Source of the DNA: Catajapyx aquilonaris
Lineage: Eukaryota
Reading direction: 5' to 3'
DNA: 57,058 bases
Assembly (NCBI GenBank): GCA_000934665.2
Contig: KZ538645.1
Location: forward strand, 1 to 57,058
Both the position numbers and the translations under genes were made by a program. The notes under the pieces were generated by a model. The model saw only the letters and a program-made list of their open reading frames with translations, searched no databases and was not told where the DNA came from. Below, piece after piece: positions 39,129-50,151 of this stretch (the first letter of the stretch is position 1; every line of letters starts with the position of its first letter).

Positions 39129-39475
39129 TTCATTAACTGCAATATTCTCCATGACTCCATCACAAAATACAATAATTAATGGGGTTGTATGAGGTCCCGG
39201 CTGGTTCGCCAGCGACGGTACTCTCTTCCTCGAGCGGTCCTCGGACCAGACTCGCATTTCTTGGTTGGACGGGGTGCTTGGGAGAATATCCCACCCCCGT
39301 CCCTGGGTTGGACCCGGCATTGCAGTACAGCCGGGGCCAGCCCTCCTCTCCCCCACCCTTCTCGCCCACCCCTACCTTGCAATCCCACACCTTCCTCTCC
39401 TACCCCCGGCTGCCAAGGCTCGACTCAGACAGAGCCATACAAGCTGGGTAACCCTTCCTACCAACCAACCAACCA
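39129..39475 (+). mobile_element. 5'-truncated non-LTR retroposon 3' end with (CCAA)n tail and 14-bp TSD
   Basis: TSD ACCTAGTCAAGTTA at 39115-39128 and 39476-39489; absent from the paralogous segment at about 54990; second copy at 55391-55630. Confidence 0.8.
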
Positions 39476-39623
39476 ACCTAGTCAAGTTAATTAACATCGT
39501 ATAGAGCGATAAACTATTTTAATATTATAATCAATCAATCAATATTATGACCTCTTGAGGTCAGAGTGACGACCTAGCGAGGTCAGATCTCAAATTCGCG
39601 CCTAGGCGTGGGTGACCTAGAGA

Positions 39624-39874
39624 TGCGGCCCGTACCCATCCTGCCTTGCGGCCTCCCCCTTATGAGCGGGTGCGGCTGTGTACTCGAGGCCAGTGCCCAG
39701 GAGAATATCCAGGCACTTGGTCGGTCCACTCCTCTGGACATACCTCACTCTCTTCCCGTTACCATTCACCCTTTATGGTTTCGTACCTATCGCCTCACGA
39801 GCCAAATAAAATACTGTACTTGAACATACCCATTGCGTTATTCTTCCGTATGTGATCCAACCGCTCGGGTCACA
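39624..39874 (+). mobile_element. Possible solo LTR
   Basis: TGCGGCCCG...CGGGTCACA imperfect inverted ends and an internal AATAAA; no TSD found. Confidence 0.3.
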
Positions 39875-40317
39875 CAGTAACCCACGTGTATCCGATTAGA
39901 GGACATTGATTATTTCCAAATAATACGAATTTCGGTGTGATCGAAAAACACAACACAGGTAATAGTCACAGCTGAAACGGAAGATTGGATAAGGGCAATC
40001 CATCTTATTTTCCATCTTTCCTTCTTGCCCATACCACATTGCATCATGGAACCAAATGTTCCTTTTCCTGAGTGTGTGCAACACGTTGGACAGGAGGGTA
40101 GTCTGCCAGAATTCAGACCGAAATGTCTGGTGAATAGCAACAGTGAAGTGATAATTCCAAATCGGTCGGGGCAGAAGACAAGTTGGCCACCGAAGCCGAC
40201 AGAAGTGACGAGAACGGACGACGACAGGCTGCCAAATAAAAAGTGTTGGCGCCGTACGTCGACGAGTTGACTGCAACGTCGTGGCAGAACGACGGAAGGC
40301 AGTTTCACTACGGCGCA

Positions 40318-40920
40318 GGAAAGCGTCGAACGACAGGGTCAGCAGGAGTGTCAAATCCGACGGACACCGAAGGACAGTTGCTGATCAGGAAAGCGTCGAA
40401 CGACAGGGTCAGCAGGAGTGTCAAGACCGCCGGACAACGAATGACAGTTGCTGATCAGGAAAACGTCGAATGACAGGGTCAGCAGGAGTGTCAAGACCGC
40501 CGGACACCGAAGGACAGTTGCTGATCAGGAAAGCGTCGAACGACAGGGTCAGCAGGAGTGTCAAGACCGCCGGACAACGAATGACAGTTGCTGGCCAGGA
40601 AAGCGTCGAACGACAGGGTCAGCAGGAGTGTCAAATCCGGCGGACAACGAAGGACAGTTGCTGATCAGGAAAGAGTCGAAGACAGGGTCAGCAGGGGTGT
40701 CAAGTCCGCCGGACAACAAAGGACAGTTGGTGGTGAAACCGACACCGTCCACCTGTGCAGTGTGCAACAGGTTCCTCAAAACTCCGTGTCGAGAACTGTG
40801 CATCAGATCGTCGTACAAGATGCCACCCTTTCGACGCAGTACCTCCGGAGGAACACTCTGAGATGACCTGCCTCTCACGCCCGCTCATTCCAACCGGATA
40901 CTTACCCGATGCCATTGACA
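40318..40920. repeat. Tandem array of about six 70/69-bp units plus a unique tail, repeated at about 44250-44605
   Basis: Unit starts at 40318, 40388, 40458, 40528, 40598 and 40668. Confidence 0.92.
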
Positions 40921-42316
40921 CGTACTGTGGTCAGCCCCCAGGTAAATCACACCAAAGAAACACCGAAGAACCCATGATCACTGGTTTATTATTCACCAAC
41001 TACTGTACACCAAAAACTTGTCAAGTTTCACTGCCCGAAGTGCTGATAATGCAAAAGTGGTTCAAGTTATGATCGAGAGGGACAGGAATTCTGAAGAAAT
41101 ACTGTGTCTGAAAAAACATTATTCTCATCAATCTGCACGATCTGCATAAACTCAAAGTGTAAAATCTCTAAGTAAGATACCGTGTATCTCAAAAATCCAC
41201 ACTACTATTTCTAATACTGACAAGTAGGTATCCTGTATACCTGTACCAAACAACACATTACATTCATCAGTAATACGCAGGATAGTATTCCTTGACCTTT
41301 GATTGTGATTATACGCATGATCTTGGGCGACGATCCACGTGTAAAGAAGTCATCCTTCACAGTGGCGAATGTATAAAGCAAACCTGAATAACAAAATTAT
41401 ATTCCATTAGATTCTAGGCTACAGCAAGGGATCACTGGGTTCACACATTTATTATAATTATAATCTCTGATTCCATCGTTCACATCTACTCATACTACAG
41501 CCTTTCTCTTGTCAGTTCTGTTCAACACCATCTGTCATGGACTTTCCCCCATTCTCTAAACTGTCATTTGGTCCTCTTTCTGTTCCTGTTGTAGATATAA
41601 TTTTATAGTATTTCCAACACCATATGGATACTTCTGTCATTTGTGAAGTACAATGCTGCACAAAATGGAATCTAATAATTACATCACTGTGGAGCAGATC
41701 TTCTATTTTCAATTTTTATTTACTTTATGTTGGATAGAAAAATAGCAGAGTAAATATTTTCATTTTTTCCAACAAATTATAGGGTAATAATTACAAGAGT
41801 AAATAGGAAGGGAAAATTTTCAGTCATAATCAAGGCAAATGACGTGGAACAGAAATTTGAACATACCAAGGCATATTAGTAGTAAGTCTTAACGAGATTT
41901 AAATGGGCTCGTAATGATATTAAAATTTAATGTGTGCACAATAAGTACATTGTTCTCTAATCTACAACATTTTAATTAATGAAAATATCTTTAGGTTCAC
42001 CTGCTAGTACGTACTGTACATGACTGTATATTCTTACAAAATTGCAATAGCCCTTATCAAAACTGTTAGGACCATTGGTGCAGTTAAGTAGTTAACTACG
42101 GTCAGACATTCTTCAGGACAAGCTCTCTGATAGTTTTGGGCCTGATAAAGAATCACGAATAATTCCTAGAGCAAATTGTAAAGTGAAGTAATATTTCATT
42201 GTGTGGAAGTTTAGGAATGAATGTAAAACTTGTAATATCTCTAACATGCCAGGTTCAAATGCTTCTGAGTGAGAAAAAAAATCAATTTTTGAACTGTTGA
42301 TTATTGCACTCAGTAC

Positions 42317-43147
42317 TCACGCAGTTGCTACTTTGTGTAATTTTGCTGGCTGCTAATAGTGTAGCTCCTGCAGCTTCAGCAGCTCCTTCTGAAGCTCCTG
42401 CCTCCCCTGCTGAAGCTCCTGCAGCCCCTGCTGAAGCTCCCGCTCCTGCTGCTTACGCTTCTGCTGCAGAAGCAGGACATGGCGTACTTTTTCCAGCAGC
42501 TGTTCCTGCTGCTATCGAAGTAGATGCTGCTGTTCGTTTGAGCTCTGGAGCTGCCGAGCGTACGTTTGGGCTGCCCTGTGAGAATGGCTCACTGGAATGA
42601 AAGGACTCAGGGTAAATCACATTCATCAGAAATTTGTTACCGGTACTTACTGGTGCCCTCGGGGCCGGCAGTTTCATTTTCTGTCTCTACAGCGTGCATC
42701 CCCTCAGCCTTTATGAAATTGACGACTGATTTCTCGATATCCGTCATTGGAGGAAGGGGGCAAAGAGCCATCTTGCGATTGACCTGAAATGTGTCGACAG
42801 TGTTTATCACACGTACAATGTCGGTTTTTAAACCCATCTACCCATGTTCTTCTGGGCAACCACAATCACTTAATTCTAAACTACGCTACGTCAGGACGAC
42901 AACAGTAGTTCCACAGTACCTGCTTGAGGAGCTTCTTCCACTTCGCCTTCAGGTCCTCGATGCTCCTTCTCTTCATTCCACTTCTGCTGGCAATCAGCTC
43001 GCGGACAAAGTTGCCTCGCTCTCCAAAGGTGCCCTCGGGCTGCCCCCACCTTGCCGTCATCGCGTTTGCCAATTCCTTGGTCTCTTTCGTCGACCATTTT
43101 GTCCGCATCACTTTCCTTGGTTGCATACCTTTTGCGTGGTCGGCCAT
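42317..43147 (-). pseudogene. Myb/SANT-like DNA-binding plus coiled-coil gene (PIF/Harbinger accessory-protein type), 3 exons, with premature stops
   Basis: Exons 43147-42920, 42783-42651 and 42591-42317 with GT-AG ends and consistent phases. Peptides RTKWSTKETKELA...RRSIEDLKAKWKKLLKQ and a QQERELQQGLQELQQ tail. In-frame TAG at 42514-42512 and 42355-42353. Confidence 0.75.
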
Positions 43148-44042
43148 CTTTTGGTGAGCAGCTACGTGGGGGCGGCCTGTCGACAACTGACGTTACTCAT
43201 AATAACTGCTTATCATAACTACTGGTACACTGAATCGCTGCGATCCCAATAGTGTAGCAGTCGCCTATTTTGCTTTGATCCAGATATTGGCGCGCCATAT
43301 ATGAACAGTGAGTGTACATGAATGCTTTTACAGAGTGTATCAGAGTCACGGGTCAAGCGCGCGAGGGGTGGGGAAAAATCGTAGGTGCGTGGCGACAACC
43401 CCGGTCGGTTTTATAATGATAAAGCAATTTGAAATAACGTAGTAATCAATTTTTTATGACGTCGTGACGTCACATCCTTCTGTTCGAATTGAATGGCGGG
43501 TACCTTGGGTTGATCGGCACCATCACAGAGAAATACAACTGGTACCACACATGTTCGCACGAAACACCAGCGGTACGTCATCCAGCAGATCTGGTAACTT
43601 CTCCGGGATTCCTGCAGAAGTTTCAAAATGATGCAAAATGAGCACTCTTTCATAGGCCAGATAAATCCGCCCCAAAAGTTTTTAAATATTTAAACCAACA
43701 AAATATCGCGATCTACAAAGGCTGTAATAGTTCACGGTTGATGATATACGTAATGCTTATTATTACTCGTATAATAGCTGCTAACAGATCAGCAGCGATG
43801 CTCTTTCGGTTTGTGCTCTGGCCAATCCCAGTAGTCGGGACCCAATATGGCTGCAGTCTTTATGATATAACATGTGAAAGTGTCACTGGCGACGATGAGA
43901 TGTAGCATCGTTCATATTTTCAGTGGTGGTCCATTGCAACTAACGTTAGCCTTGCACTTGAGCATATATGTGCAATGTGCATGGTATTGCAACTGTGGTG
44001 CACAAGGTATTAACATTAGTCGCCGGCGATGTCTTTTCGAGC

Positions 44043-44605
44043 ATCAGGTCCGAACACCGAAGGACAGGCACGTCACTGGCCAGCTTCCAGCTTGAAGTAT
44101 GACCATCAGGTCCAGGTCCGGACACCGAAGGACAGGAGCGTCGCGTCGCTCGCTCGACCCAGCTTCCAGCTTGAAGGACCGAAGGACAGGTCGTGCGTCA
44201 CTGTCCAGCTTCCAGCATGAAGTACGAGCGTCAGGTCCAGGTCCCGACACCGAAGGACAGGTGCTGATCAGGAAAGCGTCGAAGACAGGGTCAGCAGGGG
44301 TGTCAAGTCCGCCGGACAACGAATGACAGTTGCTGATCAGGAAAGCGTCGAAGACAGGGGCAGCAGGAGTGTCAAATCCGCCGGACAACAAAGGACAGTT
44401 GGTGGTGAAACCGACACCGTCCACCTGTGCAGTGTGCAACAGGTTCCTCAAAACTCCGTGTCGAGAACTGTGCATCTCAGATCGTCGTACAAAATGCCAC
44501 CCCAGTGCCACCCATTCGACGCAGTACCTCCGGAGGAACACCCTGAGATGACTGCCTCTCACGCCCGCTCATTCCAACCGGATACTTACCCGATGCCATT
44601 GATGC
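44043..44605. repeat. Composite tandem repeat: GACACCGAAGGACAGG units, two 69-bp units, and a tail shared with 40598-40920
   Basis: Direct visual alignment. Confidence 0.88.
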
Positions 44606-44607
44606 CA

Positions 44608-45152
44608 TGATGAAATGGTGCAGCAACCAGTCTCTGTTCTTCCATATCTCCGGCCAATTGAGCCTAAATCGTCTCAAACCATCGCAGTAAGACTTGCCGT
44701 TGACAGTTTTACCAGGAGGGAGAAACTCCATATGCACAATTCCTATAACGTCAAAGAAAATGATCAGCATTGAGTTGATTTTGCTGCGAACTTGGCGCGT
44801 CACTTTTGAAGCTGTAAACTCACTCATAATTATGTTATTGCTTGACTTACAGATGGCTCATCAAAAGCCTTGTTCAGCATTCGATGGGTTGCAGCCGAAA
44901 TTTTGTTGAGCTGGAAGCAAAATTTAATACAAATCCTTTCCTCCCTAACATCAGCCATTTCGAAAAATCGCAGAAGCACAAGAACACGGTGTCAAGAAAA
45001 CTGCCGAAACTCGGAAACATGTGCACCTATGAAGACCATATTTTTCAGACTAATAGCTGAGGTGCTCCTAGCTCCCCCTAGCGTCACAAGTTCGTACCTC
45101 CACTGGTTTGCACGGTATACCGAAAATCCGGGAACTTTTTGATCACACCTCG
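44608..45152 (-). mobile_element. Internally deleted, 3'-truncated mariner element
   Basis: TA-CGAGGTGTGATCAAAAAGTTCCCGGAT TIR; N-terminal MADVREERICIKFCFQLNK; catalytic region RQVRSKINSMLIIFFDVIGIVHMEFLPPGKTVNGKSYC...WLLHH. Confidence 0.92.
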
Positions 45153-46011
45153 TATTTATTAATTATTAATTTTGTTTATTTTATTTAATAATTTGTATTT
45201 TATTCGGTTTGTGTGACAGCTTGTAACTATAACACTGTCTTGTGGCATTATCACAAGGGTGCTAGCAGGTGAGTGAGAATGGGTTGAATTTTTGAAGGTG
45301 ATGCAGTACCAGTAGGCACTGTGTTAAGATGCATCAAAAGTAGTGGGCCATCTACAGTATAATAACCATAACTGGCATAAACAGACTACCTCTTGTCACT
45401 ATTACCTTCAAACTGCATTTTCATCTTGTCTAGTACATACGTATAACTTAACATAAGTGCTTGATGTAGCCCATGTAGTGTGGGTGCTTGGGCCCTACCC
45501 AGACACAGCTTGAGTGAACAATATGTACTTAACATGATATTACCCCTGCAATAAAGAAGTTGCCATGGACACCTATTTTCATCTCAGGAATTGCATCAAT
45601 TTTGTAATGTCGTGTTTCATGCTCCAATAGCAAAAGTAAATATTACCAAGATATTCCACCAATAAAGTGATCAAAATAACAATCATGTTCTGGCTACCTG
45701 TCACACCACAGAAATGCACAGGCCATTCTTCTTCTATGCATTGTCCACATACTGTCAATTCAGGAAGATATTTACATTTCTCAATGGAACAAAGTGTAAG
45801 GGCAAAGAATGACTACCTAAATCAGGGTAAAAAGCATTGCAAAAGGTCTGCTCAGGTACAGGGTCGATTGATGTTAGGCCTATCATTTTTAGAGAGAGTA
45901 CCTAGTACACAATTGATTATCTACAACATAATTATGCACAGCAGAACGCAATGTTGTCAAAATTGTCACAGAGTAGCAGAAAAACTAAATATATGTAATG
46001 TAACACAATAA

Positions 46012-46062
<51 letters not shown>

Positions 46063-46085
46063 GTTATTATTATTATTATTATTAT
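46012..46085. repeat. (ATT)n microsatellite
   Basis: Directly visible. Confidence 0.95.
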
Positions 46086-46305
46086 GAGATTAATATTGTG
46101 CTATCACAAGCCAATGATGATTTTCAATTTGTATGTTGTCTTCATAATGTTGAAATAAATATTACTTATTGAGATTTATACATTTTACTTCAATTCCGCA
46201 TACTCGAATATGAACTACATTGAATCAGTCTCAAACAAGCCGGATGAAACACTCGAAAAGAGAGGAATCCTCCTTGTCCAAAACTGACGAGGTGCAGTCA
46301 AGTCC

Positions 46306-46370
46306 TCAGCGTCGACCAGGTCCCCAGGCTCTTCCTCGTCCTCCACCTTTGGCATCTTTGGCAAGAGCAG
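46306..46370 (-). CDS. SmD3: Small nuclear ribonucleoprotein Sm D3(-like), terminal coding exon
   Basis: TTATTTCCAG| acceptor; in phase 1 it gives AALAKDAKGGGRGRAWGPGRR*, an Sm D3-style G/R tail. Confidence 0.85.
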
Positions 46371-46585
46371 CTGGAAATAAAATAACACATTTTACTTTGG
46401 AAATTGTCAATAATGAATACAATGGCCTTCTACCTTTACCCCAACTTTTTTTAAATGCCAGGGGCTCTACTTTTACATTGAAAAATTATGTCTCTTGAAG
46501 CAGATTGCTGGTAACCAATTTCCTTACAAGTCATTATTAAAACTCAGAGATTAATGGTGGCCTGGCACACTCACAAGGACTTGTG

Positions 46586-46733
46586 CAAGGGGGTAATCAC
46601 TTCGGTACTCCGGTGTACACCTGGGAGTGGTACTCCCTGGTACTCCTCAGGCACCTCACTCTTTATTACTCCGTGGTACTCCTTGAATTTGGTACTCCAG
46701 TGTACACTTTTCAGTCGAGTGATTACCCCCTTG
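46586..46733. mobile_element. MITE in the SmD3 intron, 8-bp TSD
   Basis: TIR CAAGGGGGTAATCACT...AGTGATTACCCCCTTG; perfect TSD GACTTGTG; reverse-orientation relative of 10128-10304. Confidence 0.9.
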
Positions 46734-48189
46734 GACTTGTGTTTGCCAGCAAACTGGTCTGAAAAAATAATAATTATCACACCCCATCACAGCCCAGTAT
46801 TAGCTCGCAGTCATTAGTTCTCATGAGCTGGTAGCTGTCACTAGTAGTTGCACAACTGCCAGAGAATATCCTTCAGTTGGAAAGGACAATTATTGAAAAT
46901 CCCCCTGTTGTTTCATTGACAAGAATGAGGCTCGGGCAATTATTTTTCTTGCCAATTTTCCAGGTGGAGAGTGATTCTTGAAATGGTTCAACTGGACCTT
47001 AAACAGCCACTTCATGAACTTTGGGAAAGAGAAGTGCCAGGACTCGAGTACTGATGTCATATCATCAACATGGAAACTAACAAAACGCAAGAGACATCAG
47101 TAGGCGGCTCAAGTTCCATTACCAGGCCTCAGTTCTACTGGACCTGCACTATGTTAGCCTTTTGTGGTAATTTCCTATAGAAAGTGCCGAAAGTGCCTCC
47201 AATAATATATATTATACTAAAAACCTGCATGTTTACTAGCAAGACATCTACTCTCCAACAAAGGACAGAGCCCGAAGGTCTGAAAAAGACAGTTTAGAGG
47301 TTGAAAACCAAGATAGTGATACTCCAGCTGTAGTGGATATAACTGCTGTTCAGAGAAACTTCCCTGCCTGCCAACCATTTCTAGCTCGGCCTTGGCACTA
47401 TTCATGGATATTAGCAGTAACAGGTTGATGGTGCAATCACGGCCAATACCTGCCCATCATCACATCATGTGTGGACTGTCCAGTGACCTATCCTATCCTG
47501 ATATAAACAAGCATAACCTAGTACCTAGTGCATAATGCATTTAAACTTAATTGGCCGATTTCCTCCAGGCTGCACACAGCTTGCATTCCTCTCGATACTG
47601 TACTTTTATTGTGACCCACACATCACTCAATATCCTTCCTCCTAATTTTTATATGTTCATGAAAAATGGCAGACATGGGCAACACTCATAAGAGCGCTTA
47701 CTTCAGTTACCCAATAATGTCTCTTTCTGGCAGTTTTCCAAGGAAAAAAATGTATGCAGAACACTTCACACGCAAGGGTTGACCCTAACCAGCAGAGAAA
47801 TTGCCTTTCTTATGAATCAGTTTCCAAATAATCACTGCAGGCATTTACTGGACAATTACTCAAGCTTCTTGCTGAGTTGTGCTACTACTCCAATAGTTCA
47901 TAGCCAGATAGCCTATTCAGTTTCACTGCACATTAACAGTATGTTCCGTTGGTTCTTGAAGTGTTCAGTATGTTCGACTCTTTTAAAAAATAACTACACG
48001 TGCTATAACACCAGTGCTTGAGATATGGTTATTTTGACATACACCATTGACTCGACCACAGTGGGTACGTGGGGGGTACTAACAACTGACAAGTGAGCCT
48101 CAAGCATGGCTACTCTTTAGTGCGAAAGGACACATTGCATGCGCGGTGCTGCGAGACAATGCAAAGAGCAGCAGTGGTGTCCGACTCAC

Positions 48190-48505
48190 CCTGTGCTCCG
48201 AGGATGGCGCTTTTCCCCCGTCCAGCGGCGACGGTCCACTTCGACCCCCTCTTGAGGAACATCAGGGAGTTTTGTAGCATGTCCGGGAGGACGAAAAAAG
48301 CGATGTTGCTTCCCCGGATGTAGACGCTTTCCAGGTGGGCTACCCTCCCGTTCCTGGAGGTGACGGTAATGTTGGACATCAAACAGTTCATGTTATCTTC
48401 CGCCTCAACCAGCTTCCCCCTGTAGATGTCTCCCGTTTTGGTCTCACAGGTCACCACGTGACCCTCCGCCTCGTGCAGGACTTTTATCGGTACACCGATG
48501 GACAT
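48190..48505 (-). CDS. SmD3: Small nuclear ribonucleoprotein Sm D3(-like), first coding exon
   Basis: [41 protein letters not shown]...VYIRGS...LPDML...[12 protein letters not shown]. Donor CAGG|GTGAGT after codon 105. Acceptor CTCCTTGCCAG| 4 nt before the ATG implies a 5'-UTR intron. Confidence 0.95.
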
Positions 48506-48669
48506 CTCGCTGGCAAGGAGTCACACTGATTCTGTCACAGCACCGGACACAAAGACAGCGACGATTCCGGACGATTCGACTTCAGTTATACCTGCTATAT
48601 GCCTATACACCTGCTGGATGGCCTCTAGTTGCGTCTGTTCCCCCTCTCCCTCCCCCTCCCCCGTCTCCC

Positions 48670-48775
48670 CTGAAACCGGATGTGCGACGGAAGTTACATC
48701 TGGCGGGAGATGTGCAGAACTTCTTGGTGCAATCCTAGCGCGTAGATGGCGCCATCCTCCGGCGCCGAGTTTAAA
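48670..48775. promoter_or_regulatory. Candidate housekeeping-type promoter of SmD3
   Basis: CpG-rich; ETS-like CCGGATGT and CGGAAGT and YY1-like AGATGGCGCCATC, just upstream of candidate 5'-UTR donors near 48590-48610. Confidence 0.4.
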
Positions 48776-49041
48776 TGGTGTGACATTATTTTGATTTAAC
48801 CTTATTTAGAGCAGCATACACTATGTACAGTACAGGTACAATAAAAACATGTGAATAATAGGTATTTTTTACTGTATCTATAGGACCATATTTCGATTAT
48901 CCGGTGACACCAGTGAAGCCATTAGAGCTGTTCTCCCGATTATCCGTGTTGTGGATTATTCGTGCATCGCCAAAAACTAAAATTAAAAATTCAAGTACGA
49001 AAAAAATGTCAACATGTCTTCTTGCGACGTAATAAAAGGAT

Positions 49042-49113
49042 AGGTCCCACCGAGACTCGAACTCGGATCTCTGGATTCAAAGTCCAATGTGCTAACCATT
49101 GCACCATGGGACC
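49042..49113 (-). tRNA. tRNA-Gln (TTG)
   Basis: GGTCCCATGGTGCAATGGTTAGCACATTGGACTTTGAATCCAGAGATCCGAGTTCGAGTCTCGGTGGGACCT: 72 nt, full cloverleaf, TTTT Pol III terminator a few nt downstream. Confidence 0.95.
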
Positions 49114-50003
49114 TTATGAAGACAACAGGCTCGAGAATCTCTAGTTGGGTTGCGTTGCGGGGGGCCATTCCGGAGATGAGAGAAGTCTGAAAGGGGGTGG
49201 TCTTCCCAAGACTCGGTTCACGTCGAGCGCCGTGGAATACACTAAGCGCGATCTAGTAGCTGTGTGATCTAAGCATCGCATCGGCGAAATCGACCTTTAG
49301 TTCTACATAGAGGCGATACGATATATACGGTACGATAGGAAATTTCGTTTTCATGATGCCAGCCTACTCCAGTACTCTGTAATCTTGTTACACTCACTGT
49401 CAGGTCCTTCCGTTGGGCAGTAATGTTGTAGTCATCTAATATGACAGGGGAGTCCCATTGGTTCAGGTCAGCTCCGATCATTGTCCTTTGCATATGGTAT
49501 CCCAGAGAATCATAATAAGTGTTGTAAGGGGCCAAGATTAAGTTCTTGTTCAAGCCCAATATCGCAGGTTTGTTAGGGGTCACCACTCACCACATGACGA
49601 CGACGCCAGAGCCAGAGAGGAAATATTGAGCAAATAATTCATTGCAGTGTCAATAAAAATGCTCTCACTTGACAATTAACTGGCGGCAAACAGCTATGAT
49701 CTTTGTGTCCCTACACTCTTCAACCATTAGAACACCACATACTGATCCAATTACTAGGACACTCCTTTGGCATTAGCCAATGGGCACGTTCCTGAGGACA
49801 AAAGTAAAATTAACTTAACTAATGAATAAGCTGATTCTCATCTGTTCACATAACATGATGGGACAAGCAAGATGATACATGAAGGCATTAAGCAAATATA
49901 TGAACGAATCATGGCTTTGGTTGATTTTAACAGTGCTCCTTTCCACTGTCTCCAACGAGTCTGCAATGGTTCTGTTGAAAACCTGGCTCATCACTAGTAG
50001 GAG

Positions 50004-50151
50004 GTACTATCGGCTTCAAATACTTTTGGCCACTTTATCCTGGTCTTAAAGCAACCCTTCGCACAGACCCCATGTTAAGGAGGTGAGTGTGTGTGACGGG
50101 TTCCTTCAAGACCAGGATAAAGTGGCCAAAAGTATTTCATCCCGATAGTAC
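50004..50151. mobile_element. Palindromic MITE flanked by GTAC
   Basis: GTACTATCGG...CCGATAGTAC; same family as 17207-17366. Confidence 0.85.

Noticed and set aside
40318..40740. 70-bp array as a CRISPR array or tandem hammerhead ribozymes (CTGATCAGGAAAG)
   Set aside because: There are no unique spacers or cas genes and the context is eukaryotic. The core is CTGATCA rather than CTGANGA, and there is no stem II before GAAA.
40898..40910. ATACTTACC resembling the U1 snRNA 5' end (also at about 44582)
   Set aside because: No further U1 sequence or Sm site follows; it is better read as a 5' splice-site consensus on the - strand.
42304..42600. Ala/Pro-rich ORF with a signal-peptide-like start (cuticle-protein look-alike)
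   Set aside because: It starts at TTG and is the antisense shadow of the Gln/Glu/Leu coiled-coil exon on the - strand.
48110..48189. C-terminal part of the 131-aa SmD3 ORF (ESDTTAALC...)
   Set aside because: This is read-through into the intron after the GTGAGT donor; the real tail is at 46306-46370.
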